Translations under genes and position numbers: made by a program
From: Thermoproteota archaeon
GTDB lineage: Archaea; Thermoproteota; Methanomethylicia; Methanomethylicales; Methanomethylicaceae
Assembly: GCA_029887765.1 (NCBI GenBank)
Contig: JARXPF010000001.1
Location: forward strand, 194,378 to 258,377
DNA: 64,000 nucleotides
Direction: 5' to 3'
Notes under the pieces: model-generated
Databases searched by the model: none
Seen by the model: the letters and a program-made list of their open reading frames with translations, nothing else
What the model was told of the DNA's origin: nothing
Part shown: positions 1 to 9,710 of the stretch, piece after piece
Position numbering within the stretch: the first letter of the stretch is position 1
Layout: the number at the start of each line of letters is the position of its first letter

Positions 1-345
1 AGTAGCACATGCACCACAACCAATACATTTTTCTTCATTTACATATGCTAAGCCTTTATTTAAATAAATAGCATTATTTCCCCTAAGAGAAATTTTACAT
101 GCATCTACGCATAATCCACATCCAATACATAGGTCTCTATTGATATTTATTGACCAATATTTCAATTCTCGCTTAGGCAAAGTATATAATATAGGTATTG
201 CATCAGTAGGACAATGAGAAGCACACAATTCACATAATATACATTTTTTAATATCCACTAATGGTTTTTCGTCAATAATAGGATTAAAACTAATAGCATT
301 TACTGGACAAATTTTAACACATGTTCCACATCTTATACACTTCAT
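1..345 (-). CDS. 4Fe-4S polyferredoxin, partial (runs off window start)
   Basis: Minus-strand translation from the ATG at 345-343 gives MKCIRCGTCVKICP..CILCELCASHCP..CIGCGLCVDAC..CIGCGAC, several CxxCxxCxxxCP ferredoxin motifs. Its ATG overlaps the stop of the next ORF (ATGA). Confidence 0.5.
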   Translation of the reverse strand, partial: MKCIRCGTCVKICPVNAISFNPIIDEKPLVDIKKCILCELCASHCPTDAIPILYTLPKRELKYWSININRDLCIGCGLCVDACKISLRGNNAIYLNKGLAYVNEEKCIGCGACAT

Positions 346-974
346 AATATTTCTCCTCCCCAAGTTATAGTCTTTATAGATAAAGCTCCTACAGGACAAT
401 ACTTTATACATCTACCACACATTACACAAAAACCCCCAGGATACCTATCTTTTAAATACATTGTTTGAGATGGACAAATTTTAACACATTCACCACATAA
501 TGTACATAGTTCTGGATTAAGTTTAATTCTATTCATTTCAAATTTTAAAGCACCATTTGGACAAACTTTAGTACATAGTGAACAAAGTGTACAGTTAATT
601 ATTGATGGTGAAGCATCACCTTTATTAATTTCAAGTTTACCATCAATAATTTTTATAGCTTTTACTGGACATTGTTCATAACACTTCATACACATTACAC
701 AATTCGCTTTAATTATCCTTTCTTTATAACTTTTAGAATTAAAATAAGGCTTTCCAAATTCTTCTTGAGTTATTTTACCTTCAAATGATTCAATAGCTCT
801 TACTGGGCATATTTCAGCACATAAATTACAATGAGTACATATACCAAGTATCTTTACTGAGAATTTAATTGCTTTTGTAGGACATATATTCCTACATCTA
901 CCACATAATATACACTTAGAAAAATCACGAAATATTTTTCTTTTTGATATTTGTAAAACTTTTTGGGTCATCAT
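342..974 (-). CDS. polyferredoxin (multiple 4Fe-4S clusters)
   Basis: 210 aa with at least 6 CxxCxxCxxxCP-like motifs. Confidence 0.7.
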   Translation of the reverse strand: MMTQKVLQISKRKIFRDFSKCILCGRCRNICPTKAIKFSVKILGICTHCNLCAEICPVRAIESFEGKITQEEFGKPYFNSKSYKERIIKANCVMCMKCYEQCPVKAIKIIDGKLEINKGDASPSIINCTLCSLCTKVCPNGALKFEMNRIKLNPELCTLCGECVKICPSQTMYLKDRYPGGFCVMCGRCIKYCPVGALSIKTITWGGEIL

Positions 975-1414
975 TTTACAATTGCCCCCTTTGTAATAAT
1001 TTCTTTTAATCTTTCTGGTGTAGCTATTTCTAAAACAATTGAATAATCAATAGGTTGAGAGATGAATCTTTTTATATCTATTCTTGCATTTCTTGGACAG
1101 ACTTTTACACAAAGCCCACATCTAACACAAATTCCTTTTACTCTCTCTTTTCCAAGATTTTCATCCATAACTATTTTAGCAAAACCAAATGGACAATGTT
1201 TTACACACATACCACAAAGATTACATCGCTTCCTATCAACATAAAATCCACCAAATCTATTCCTTCTTATAGCATGTCTTGGACAGACTTTTGCACATTC
1301 TCCACATGTAGTACAACTAAAGGGTATACCATCTGGATGGATTATACAATCTGTTGGACAAATTTCCCAACATTTTCCACATTTATCACAATCAGTTGTT
1401 GTAAGGTACATCAC
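971..1414 (-). CDS. 4Fe-4S ferredoxin-domain protein
   Basis: 147 aa with four Cys clusters (CDKCGKCWEICP, CTTCGECAKVCP, CNLCGMCVKHCP, CVRCGLCVKVCP). Overlaps its neighbours by 4 nt. Confidence 0.7.
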   Translation of the reverse strand: MMYLTTTDCDKCGKCWEICPTDCIIHPDGIPFSCTTCGECAKVCPRHAIRRNRFGGFYVDRKRCNLCGMCVKHCPFGFAKIVMDENLGKERVKGICVRCGLCVKVCPRNARIDIKRFISQPIDYSIVLEIATPERLKEIITKGAIVK

Positions 1415-1689
1415 TTATCCCCTCTTAATAACTTTCCAATAATAATTCCAATTGTTGCAGTTATAAGAGGTATATTAAAGCCAAGTCCAGGCATGATATA
1501 TCCACCATATATTGAATAAGTAAATGTAAATGTGCCAAATAATAAAGCACCTACAATACTAAATACTATTACTAAAGTTACTATTCTTTTTGTTATTTTA
1601 TGAGCTAATTGAGTACCAAATAGTATTCCTAATATAAAAGCTATTATAGAGGGTGTTATTTCACCTAACACAATCACTCCTCCTGCCAT
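1411..1689 (-). CDS. small integral membrane subunit of Mrp/Mbh-like complex
   Basis: 92 aa, entirely hydrophobic, overlapping operon position. Confidence 0.4.
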   Translation of the reverse strand: MAGGVIVLGEITPSIIAFILGILFGTQLAHKITKRIVTLVIVFSIVGALLFGTFTFTYSIYGGYIMPGLGFNIPLITATIGIIIGKLLRGDK

Positions 1690-2519
1690 CCATAGATGAA
1701 AGCAAAATAAATTAAACCAATAGCCCCTATTACATTAAAAGCTTCTGCAATATTTATCAATGGTATTATTCCAGGTGATGAGAAAAATACACCTTCTTTT
1801 AAGACTAAACTTAATCTAAAAGGATCTCCAAATATGAAGTGAAGTATAGGTGGGGCAATGCCCCATATATCAGCACCAATATTGTATTGCCAAAATCCTG
1901 TAGCTAAAAATCCAGGAAGTCCTAATAGAATATATCCACCAAGCCCAACAGCACCTATACCTATTAGAAAACGCTTTCCAAATCTTATTGGATTATCTTT
2001 TCCATAGAAAATTGCTGCAAGTAAATAAGCTGCAGTCATTATTACACCACACTGGAAGCCTCCACCTCCTGATGTTGAAGAAGCTGTCACTACCATTATT
2101 CCATAAGATAATAATAGTATTGCGGCTGGAAGACCAAGATACTTTAATATAACTGTTAGGGATTCTAATCTAAATTCTAAAGGTTTTGATTGAAGTAGAG
2201 ATTCTTGTTTATATGATTTCATTTGAACTACTCCTCTTCCAATAGCCATGGCAGACACCACTGCCCCTACATAGATTACTGCTGTTTCAAGTAAAGTATC
2301 AAAACTACGCCAATCATAAATCCATGTAGCTATATTATTAGGTGCAACTAAATATGCTAAAGCATTATATATTTGACTTATACCAGGTCTTACATTTCCA
2401 GCTAGCTCAAATAAAGATGAAAGTATCCCTATACTTATTATTAATAAAGCTATTACAGCAATTATTCCTCTTTTTCCTTTAAGCTCTTCCATTTTATCCA
2501 CCCCATATTGTAATTGCAA
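1674..2519 (-). CDS. MnhB/MbhE-F-like membrane subunit
   Basis: 281 aa polytopic membrane protein in the antiporter operon. Confidence 0.45.
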   Translation of the reverse strand: MQLQYGVDKMEELKGKRGIIAVIALLIISIGILSSLFELAGNVRPGISQIYNALAYLVAPNNIATWIYDWRSFDTLLETAVIYVGAVVSAMAIGRGVVQMKSYKQESLLQSKPLEFRLESLTVILKYLGLPAAILLLSYGIMVVTASSTSGGGGFQCGVIMTAAYLLAAIFYGKDNPIRFGKRFLIGIGAVGLGGYILLGLPGFLATGFWQYNIGADIWGIAPPILHFIFGDPFRLSLVLKEGVFFSSPGIIPLINIAEAFNVIGAIGLIYFAFIYGWQEE

Positions 2520-2820
2520 TTATAATTGCAAAATATATTAAAAACCAATAAAGTACTCTATTGAGCTCATTAGAATTTTCTTTTTCTATATTAATTATAG
2601 TAGGAGCAAAATATATGGCAGCTGCTCCAGTCAATACTAAAATTATAATAGCTAAAGGAAAGGAAAATATTCTAAAAAGCGATGCAAGTATTATTATAAA
2701 AATAAGAAATTGAAGTTCTCCTGTTATATAACCAGTCATTATGTTAGTATATCCTCTTCCAATAATAAAATTATCAAGATATTTTTTTAATTTATCATAC
2801 ATAGTAGCTATGGAAGTCAT
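2494..2820 (-). CDS. small membrane subunit
   Basis: 108 aa hydrophobic, operon context. Confidence 0.35.
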   Translation of the reverse strand: MTSIATMYDKLKKYLDNFIIGRGYTNIMTGYITGELQFLIFIIILASLFRIFSFPLAIIILVLTGAAAIYFAPTIINIEKENSNELNRVLYWFLIYFAIIIAITIWGG

Positions 2821-4307
2821 GGTAGAAAACCTCCTTCAACAGCTGGTATAATAAATCTTAAAGCAATATCAGGATATACACCAATAATGATTGTTAAAAT
2901 TATGAAGAACCAAATTCCAAAATTTATAGCTTTTGGAATTTTAGCTTCTAATACTTCAACTTCAGGAGGTTTTAAGAATATTCTATATATTGCTCTTAAT
3001 AGAGCAATTAATGTAGTTATTGATACCATTAATATAATAACTGCAATTTCAGGAAGTCCAGAATTAAGTGATGCTTGAATTAATATTATTTCACTTTGAA
3101 AACCATTAAATGGAGGCATTCCTGCTGCTGCAAATGCACCTAGTAAAACAGCAGCACATAACCAAGGAGACTTTCTTGCAATACCAAAGGAATTCTTTGT
3201 TGAAGTTGCTCCACCAAAGTAATATAATGCTTCACAACAGAATAGTAATACACTCATGTAAATTATGTCATTTACAGCTTGAAAAACTCCTCCAATTATA
3301 CCATCTTTAGTACCAAGTGCAATTCCTAATGTAACAAGTCCACTATGACTTATTATTAAATATGCAATAATCCATCTAAAATCAATTTGTATTAATGCTA
3401 AAACCACCCCTAATATCATAGTTATAACACTGAGAAATATCATAACTTCTTTAATAAAAGGAAGTGTGCCAAAGATTCTTAACATTATAATTCCTATAGC
3501 AACTAACATTAATTTTGATTGAGCTTGTAAAACAGCAGTAGCGTGAGGATAAGAGGCACCATAAACTTCTGATTTTAAAGGATGTATGGGAGCCAATCCT
3601 CCAGCATACATCCAAGCTAATATAAAAAATCCAAAGCTTATATACAAAATTTTCTCCATCCCGCTTATACCAACAGTATTCATTATTCTTATAATATCAG
3701 ATACATTTGCAAAACCTGTAATACCAAGTAGTAATGCTAAAGCAACAGCAAGTCCAGCTCCACTTATAGCTGAAAAAAATGCATATTTCAATGCAGCTTT
3801 ATGACTTATACTTGTTCCTGATGCTACAACAACACCTACTACAATAAGACTGCCAATCTCAACTGCAATCCATAAATGATATAAATCATTAGCCATTATT
3901 ATTATAGCAGCAGAAGCAAATAGTAGAAATATCGTTGCCATATATGGACCTTGGCGTTTTGTTAAACCTACAGTTGCTAATATGACACAGAATACTAGTA
4001 TTAATGAAGAAATTACAATCATAATTTGTTGTATTGGACCATAAACAAATTCTAATGAAAGTCTAAAAGCAGGTATTCCAGGATCAAATGTAAAAGTAAA
4101 AGTATTAGGATCAAAAGCAGGATGACCAGTGAACCAATGATATCCATAGGGCGAAATTATAGAAATTCCTAATGTTATTAAAGCTGATGCAATAGATATA
4201 TACTTAATAACTTCTTTATCATAAATTGCATTTACTATTACTGCTGTAATTAAAGGAATTATAACAATTAATGGAATTGACCATAAGTTCGATACTAATT
4301 CCATCAT
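2817..4307 (-). CDS. MrpD/NuoL/MbhH-like proton-translocating antiporter subunit
   Basis: 496 aa, about 14 predicted TM helices, typical complex-I antiporter-like fold. Confidence 0.75.
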   Translation of the reverse strand: MMELVSNLWSIPLIVIIPLITAVIVNAIYDKEVIKYISIASALITLGISIISPYGYHWFTGHPAFDPNTFTFTFDPGIPAFRLSLEFVYGPIQQIMIVISSLILVFCVILATVGLTKRQGPYMATIFLLFASAAIIIMANDLYHLWIAVEIGSLIVVGVVVASGTSISHKAALKYAFFSAISGAGLAVALALLLGITGFANVSDIIRIMNTVGISGMEKILYISFGFFILAWMYAGGLAPIHPLKSEVYGASYPHATAVLQAQSKLMLVAIGIIMLRIFGTLPFIKEVMIFLSVITMILGVVLALIQIDFRWIIAYLIISHSGLVTLGIALGTKDGIIGGVFQAVNDIIYMSVLLFCCEALYYFGGATSTKNSFGIARKSPWLCAAVLLGAFAAAGMPPFNGFQSEIILIQASLNSGLPEIAVIILMVSITTLIALLRAIYRIFLKPPEVEVLEAKIPKAINFGIWFFIILTIIIGVYPDIALRFIIPAVEGGFLP

Positions 4308-4678
4308 CTCCTCTCACCCTTTAATATAACTGAGGCTTTTAAAGTCCCATATCTACGATAAAGCATTATAACCAATGCCACAAGAATTGCTGTAGTACTT
4401 ACACCTATTACTATATTAGTTAGCACTATACCTATTGGAAATACTAAAGCAGCACGCATTGCAAATTCTGTAATAGACATACCCGGTAGTAAAATTGGAA
4501 CCACTCCACCTTCTATATAGCCTATTGCTACTAAGAGTAAATTAACACCATCAGATAGAAGTGTAAATGCGATTATTTTCTTTATCATGTTATCTAAAAA
4601 AACCATACCAGCTATTCCAATTACAATTAATAATGCAGCAGCAATAAAACCTAATAATTGAATAGTTACTTCAATCAT
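4304..4678 (-). CDS. MrpC/NuoK-like subunit
   Basis: 124 aa, LLSDGVNLLLVAIGY motif typical of MnhC/NuoK. Confidence 0.6.
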   Translation of the reverse strand: MIEVTIQLLGFIAAALLIVIGIAGMVFLDNMIKKIIAFTLLSDGVNLLLVAIGYIEGGVVPILLPGMSITEFAMRAALVFPIGIVLTNIVIGVSTTAILVALVIMLYRRYGTLKASVILKGERR

Positions 4679-4938
4679 TCTTCTTCAGTCCTCCTTGTTT
4701 TAAATATTCCAAGTATAATTATTCCAGGTAATAACACTGTTCCAACTATTGCTTGAGTCAAACCTAAGTCAGGTGCAAGTAAAGCTTGAAAGAAAAATGC
4801 TAATGCTATACTTTCTGCTCCAGATAAAAATGCAGCTCTAATTAAATCTTTTTGTAATAAAGCTGCAATTGCACCTACTGTTATAGCAATTACTATAACA
4901 TATCCCATTATAATAAAACTTGAGGATAGTTCAATCAT
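4675..4938 (-). CDS. small membrane subunit (MbhD-like)
   Basis: 87 aa hydrophobic, 4-nt overlaps on both sides. Confidence 0.4.
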   Translation of the reverse strand: MIELSSSFIIMGYVIVIAITVGAIAALLQKDLIRAAFLSGAESIALAFFFQALLAPDLGLTQAIVGTVLLPGIIILGIFKTRRTEEE

Positions 4939-5417
4939 TCTCTAAGCCTCCTTTGATAAGAATAATAATAAGCATTAGCTAATGCATTCCCACAGAAGGG
5001 AATAAGTACAAAGAAAAAGAATCCTACGGCCACAAGATCTAATCTAAATATTAATAAACCAGCAAAAATCATAACAAAAGAAGCTACAGTATCAATTACT
5101 CCAGTAATATGATTTCTGACATAGAATATATTTGGACCAAATTCATCACCAAATCTAAATAAACCAATACCTGCTAGAATCATTGGTAATGTCCCAGCAA
5201 ACATTATTCCACCTGCTAATATTTTAGCAATACTTTTTATGGCTAAATAAATATCAATACCTTTAAGATAAAGCATAAATGTTGCTATTACTGAAAGTAT
5301 TATAACCACTAATAACAATTTTGCTGGTTCTATAATAAATGAACCTTTTCTTATGTTTAAACCTACAAAAGTAATAATTATTAATGCATATATTAAAACA
5401 AAAATTTCCTCAATCAT
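4935..5417 (-). CDS. MrpG-like subunit
   Basis: 160 aa membrane protein with R.H..G..DT motif. Confidence 0.45.
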   Translation of the reverse strand: MIEEIFVLIYALIIITFVGLNIRKGSFIIEPAKLLLVVIILSVIATFMLYLKGIDIYLAIKSIAKILAGGIMFAGTLPMILAGIGLFRFGDEFGPNIFYVRNHITGVIDTVASFVMIFAGLLIFRLDLVAVGFFFFVLIPFCGNALANAYYYSYQRRLRE

Positions 5418-5707
5418 TCTCCTTCCTCCATTCTAAACAATCTTGCAAATATTATTGTACCTACAGCACCTAGTACAAGTAAAGCAATAGCCGTATCTCT
5501 AGCAAATTCTATTTCAAATAAGATTTGAATTAAATATAAGCTTACACCAGCTGTTGTTGTTAAAGCACTTACTCCCATTAATGAAGTTACTGTCTCTCCT
5601 TTTAATGCAAGTCTAATAGCACATAAGCCAGCAAAAGCTGTTGCAATCATAAATATAAAAGCCCCCCAGAAGAATGTAAGATCAGCAATTGTTAAAACAT
5701 CTATCAT
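5414..5707 (-). CDS. MrpF-like subunit
   Basis: 97 aa, FARDTAIALLVLGAVGTIIF resembles MnhF. Confidence 0.5.
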   Translation of the reverse strand: MIDVLTIADLTFFWGAFIFMIATAFAGLCAIRLALKGETVTSLMGVSALTTTAGVSLYLIQILFEIEFARDTAIALLVLGAVGTIIFARLFRMEEGE

Positions 5708-6018
5708 TTTTCAATCCACCTCTCAATATATGGTTCTAGTGGAATGATTTCTTCTCTTTTCCTTGGATTTATTACACCTACATAAAGTAATTTCTTTGGA
5801 ACATCTACATCTATTGTTACTGTACCAGGAGTATAAGTAACACTATTAGCAAGCATTGTCTGAGATAAAGGCTTAGCTAATACTGAATCTATTTCTTGTA
5901 TTGCAGGATCTATATCACCATTCCAACATCTTTTACATACATCTATAATTGATGCCATAATTTCTCTTATTAATCTTAACCAAAAACGAACACCCCACAA
6001 AAATGCCAATTTTATCAC
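5704..6018 (-). CDS. MrpE-like subunit
   Basis: 104 aa, TYTPGTVTIDVD resembles the MnhE core. Confidence 0.5.
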   Translation of the reverse strand: MIKLAFLWGVRFWLRLIREIMASIIDVCKRCWNGDIDPAIQEIDSVLAKPLSQTMLANSVTYTPGTVTIDVDVPKKLLYVGVINPRKREEIIPLEPYIERWIEK

Positions 6019-6308
6019 CTTGCAACTTTTTTTAATTCTAATAAGAATTTTCTTCCAAAATCCATGTAAATTCCTTCATAACCAGGTTTTACATCTATAG
6101 CTACACTCCTATCCTTACCATCTCCAACATATATGATCAAGTGTATTGTTTTACCAAGAGCTTTTTTATGAAGATGAATAATTTTATTTAATGAATCTTC
6201 ATAAGCTATTTGATAATTTTGAAGTTTTGCAATTTCTTTAATTTTATCATAAAGAGCTTGACCATTCATGTAAAATCTAGCAAAGAGAGGCAATGTCATT
6301 TTCTTCAC
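6015..6308 (-). CDS. hypothetical protein, first gene of the antiporter operon
   Basis: 97 aa soluble ORF with a 4-nt overlap. No recognisable motif. Confidence 0.3.
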   Translation of the reverse strand: MKKMTLPLFARFYMNGQALYDKIKEIAKLQNYQIAYEDSLNKIIHLHKKALGKTIHLIIYVGDGKDRSVAIDVKPGYEGIYMDFGRKFLLELKKVAR

Positions 6309-6352
6309 GTCCCTATAGCAATTAGTTTATAACAAGGAAATATTAATAGTTT

Positions 6353-7615
6353 TTGAGATTATTTATGAAAATTATTACAGACTTTCACATACATAGTCCA
6401 TATAGTAGAGCCTCTAGTGAAAATATGAATTTGGAAAATTTAGATAAATTTGCCATGATTAAAGGAATAAATGTATTAGGAACAGGAGATTTTACTCATC
6501 CTAAATGGAGAGAGAAATTGAGAAATTTAATTGAAGAAAATGGACTATATAGCATAAAAGGAGGAGTAACGAAATTCATAATAAGTGGTGAAGTTTGTAC
6601 AAATTTTGAATATAATGGAAAAATACGTAGAATACATCATTTAATACTATTACCTTCAATTGATATTGCTGATGAACTTTCTAAAAGACTTTCTAAATAT
6701 GGAGATCTAAGCATTGATGGAAGGCCAAATTTATCAATGAGTGGAGCAGAATTAGTAGAAGAAGTTGTAGAATTTGGAGAAGATTGTTTAGTAATTCCTG
6801 CTCATATTTGGACTCCTTGGTTTTCTCTTTTTGGAGATAAAGGAGGAGTAGACAAAATTGAAGAATGTTATGAAGATCAAACTCCTCACATATATGCTTT
6901 AGAAACTGGGTTATCATCAGATCCTCCTATGAATTGGAGAGTAAGTGCTCTTGATTCTTTTACTTTAGTCTCAAATAGTGATAGCCATAGTCCTTTAAGA
7001 ATTGGAAGAGAAGCTAATATTATTGAAGTAAGAGAATTGAGTTATAAAGAAATTGTAAATGCTATAATGTTTCATAAAGAAAAAGTAATAACTATAGAAG
7101 TTGATCCTGCTTATGGGAAATATCATTGGACTGGTCATAGAAAATGTGGAATTTCAATGTCACCAAAAGACTCTATAAAAATTAAGGGAATTTGTCCAAT
7201 ATGTGGTAAAAAAATGACAAGAGGTGTTGCAGAAAGAGTAGAAGAATTAGCTGATAGAACAGAAAATGAATTGCCTGAAAATAGACAAAAATTCATAAGA
7301 CTTTTACCATTAAATGATTTAATAGCAACTTTAATTAATAAAGATTCCTTATCTAATGAAGTACAAAGAATATATTTTGGCATTATAGAAAAATTCAGCA
7401 ATGAATTAAAAGTACTCTTAGAAGTTCCTAAAGAAGAGCTTGAAAAAATATGTGGTAAAGAATTGACTAAATTAATTTTAATGAATCGAGAAAATAAGAT
7501 AACTATTATACCTGGTTATGATGGATTATATGGAAAAATTAAACTACAAGAAGTAGAAATAAAAAAACCTAAAACTCTGGAAGATTATATGAAAGGGGAT
7601 GAAAATGCCCAGTAG
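6353..7615 (+). CDS. endonuclease Q-like (PHP domain plus Zn finger)
   Basis: [44 protein letters not shown]; matches the EndoQ motif pattern from memory. Confidence 0.6.
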   Translation: MRLFMKIITDFHIHSPYSRASSENMNLENLDKFAMIKGINVLGTGDFTHPKWREKLRNLIEENGLYSIKGGVTKFIISGEVCTNFEYNGKIRRIHHLILLPSIDIADELSKRLSKYGDLSIDGRPNLSMSGAELVEEVVEFGEDCLVIPAHIWTPWFSLFGDKGGVDKIEECYEDQTPHIYALETGLSSDPPMNWRVSALDSFTLVSNSDSHSPLRIGREANIIEVRELSYKEIVNAIMFHKEKVITIEVDPAYGKYHWTGHRKCGISMSPKDSIKIKGICPICGKKMTRGVAERVEELADRTENELPENRQKFIRLLPLNDLIATLINKDSLSNEVQRIYFGIIEKFSNELKVLLEVPKEELEKICGKELTKLILMNRENKITIIPGYDGLYGKIKLQEVEIKKPKTLEDYMKGDENAQ

Positions 7616-9041
7616 AGATCAATGGTCCAGTAACTTCAGTGAATGGTTTCATAAAGTAATTTTTGAAGTACCTATATATGATACAAGATACCCTGTTAAA
7701 GGTACTGGTATATGGATGCCATATGGATTTAAAATAAGAAAAGAAGTACTTGAAATTATAAGAGAAGAATTATTAAAAACAGGACATGAAGAAGTATTAT
7801 TTCCAACATTAATACCAGAATATATGCTAAAAAAAGAAGGAGAACATATTAGGAATTTTGAAGGACAGGTTTTTTGGATAACACATGGTGGTACCACACC
7901 ATTAGATGTTAAACTTGCATTAAGACCTACTAGTGAAACTTCAATGTATCCAATGTTTCAATTATGGATAAAAGGTTACTCAGATTTACCAATAAAAATA
8001 TTTCAAATAGTAAATGTATTTAGATATGAAACAAAAGCTACAAAACCAATGATAAGAGTGAGGGAGATAACTACATTTAAAGAAGCGCATACTGTACATG
8101 CAACAAAAGAAGAAGCTGAAAATCAAGTAAAAGAAGGTGTAGAAATTTATAAGAGAATATTTGAAAGATTAGGAATACCATTCATCATATCAATTAGACC
8201 TAAATGGGACAAGTTTCCAGGAGCAGAATACTCTATAGCTTTTGATACAATAATGCCAGATGGAAAGGTTTTACAAATAGGTACTGTTCATTTCTTAGGA
8301 CAGGGTTTTGCTAAAGCCTTTGATATAAAATATATGAATATAGAAGGAAATTATGAATATGTATGGCAAACATGTTATGGAATATCTGAAAGAGTGATTG
8401 CTGCATTATTAGCAATACATGGGGATGATCATGGCCTAGTATTACCTAGTAATGTTGCCCCAATTCAAATTGTTATAATACCTATAATATATAAGGGAAA
8501 AGAAGAAGAGATTATTAAAACTTGTAGAGAAATTAAAAGCATTCTTGATAATGAAGGATTAAGAGTAATAATAGATGAAAATAGAGAAGAGACGCCTGGT
8601 AGTAAATATTTTAAATGGGAATTAAGAGGTGTACCAATTAGAATAGAAATTGGACCAAGAGATGTTGAAAAATCCACAGTAGTACTAGTAAGAAGAGATA
8701 CTTTAGAAAAAATAATAGTTGAAAGAGAGAAAATAATTGAAGAAGTGAAGAGTTTATTAAAAGTTATTGATAGTAATTTAAAAGAGAGAGGAAGAAAATG
8801 GTTAAATGAACATATTTTTAAAGAAAATGATATTAAAAAAGCAATTAATTTATTAGATAATAAAGGTGGTATAATAGAAATTCCATGGTGTGGAAGTGAT
8901 TCATGTGGACAAGAAATAGAAATGAAAATGGATGCTAGAATCCTTGGTACACCTTATGATTCAAAAGAAATACCAAAATGTACTTGTGCAAATTGTGGAC
9001 TTAATGCAATAAATTGGGTTAGGATAGCAAAATCATATTAA
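7599..9041 (+). CDS. proS: prolyl-tRNA synthetase (archaeal type)
   Basis: 480 aa. Class II motifs ([16 protein letters not shown]) and a C-terminal Zn-binding CTCANCG. Confidence 0.85.
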   Translation: MKMPSRDQWSSNFSEWFHKVIFEVPIYDTRYPVKGTGIWMPYGFKIRKEVLEIIREELLKTGHEEVLFPTLIPEYMLKKEGEHIRNFEGQVFWITHGGTTPLDVKLALRPTSETSMYPMFQLWIKGYSDLPIKIFQIVNVFRYETKATKPMIRVREITTFKEAHTVHATKEEAENQVKEGVEIYKRIFERLGIPFIISIRPKWDKFPGAEYSIAFDTIMPDGKVLQIGTVHFLGQGFAKAFDIKYMNIEGNYEYVWQTCYGISERVIAALLAIHGDDHGLVLPSNVAPIQIVIIPIIYKGKEEEIIKTCREIKSILDNEGLRVIIDENREETPGSKYFKWELRGVPIRIEIGPRDVEKSTVVLVRRDTLEKIIVEREKIIEEVKSLLKVIDSNLKERGRKWLNEHIFKENDIKKAINLLDNKGGIIEIPWCGSDSCGQEIEMKMDARILGTPYDSKEIPKCTCANCGLNAINWVRIAKSY

Positions 9042-9053
9042 AAAATAAAAAAA

Positions 9054-9431
9054 TCATAAAGTAAGACCTGATCGATCAACAAAGCCTTTTGTGATACGCT
9101 TTGGATTAATCTTTGAAACTATATAGTTAAAAGCAAGTTCAGGATCGCTTTTCTCTCCACATGTGAATATGTCTACAGTAGCATAGTTGAATTCCTTCCA
9201 AGTATGTATAGCAATATGACTTTCTAAAATTAGAGCTATTGCAGATACTCCGCCTTTCTCTCCACCAAATCTCCAACTCTTTATATCCCAAATATTCATT
9301 TTTGCAATTTTTGCAGCTTCTATTATGAGATTTCTTAAGAAGAATTCATCATCGAGAAGAGATGGTTCGCAGCCATAGAGATTTGCGTATATATGTTTCC
9401 CTATTACACAATTAATATACGCCTTAGCCAC
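9054..9431 (-). CDS. speH: pyruvoyl-dependent S-adenosylmethionine (or arginine) decarboxylase proenzyme
   Basis: 125 aa, ESHIAIHTW and TVDIFTCG motifs. Confidence 0.65.
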   Translation of the reverse strand: MAKAYINCVIGKHIYANLYGCEPSLLDDEFFLRNLIIEAAKIAKMNIWDIKSWRFGGEKGGVSAIALILESHIAIHTWKEFNYATVDIFTCGEKSDPELAFNYIVSKINPKRITKGFVDRSGLTL

Positions 9432-9519
9432 TTTTGCTTCGAGATCCTCCTAATTTTATATTTCTAAATTTTGTGCAAAAAACTACTAGTATTTAAAGCT
9501 AACTATTGAAATATACAAA

Positions 9520-9669
9520 TTATTTAGTTTGTGCTGTACTTAAGATTCTACGTTTATAATTTCTTCTATTTCTATGAATTGGTCTAAGACCTTTTCTCTC
9601 TTTAGCAGGAATTTTTGGAGTTTGTGATCTTACTTTTCCTGCTTTCGTAAGTGAACCATGTGATGGCAT
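9520..9669 (-). CDS. rps30e: ribosomal protein S30e (not in ORF track, <60 aa)
   Basis: Minus-strand translation MPSHGSLTKAGKVRSQTPKIPAKERKGLRPIHRNRRNYKRRILSTAQTK (49 aa), the classic S30e N-terminus. Confidence 0.6.
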   Translation of the reverse strand: MPSHGSLTKAGKVRSQTPKIPAKERKGLRPIHRNRRNYKRRILSTAQTK

Positions 9670-9710
9670 TCTTTCACCAAAAGAATAGAATAAAAAATAA
9701 TTTAAAAAAT

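Noticed and set aside
1055-1519. Plus-strand ORFs (154 aa and 60 aa) antisense to the polyferredoxin genes
   Set aside because: They lie entirely inside well-supported minus-strand Fe-S genes, and their low-complexity S/T/F-rich translations are typical of antisense artefacts of AT-rich DNA.
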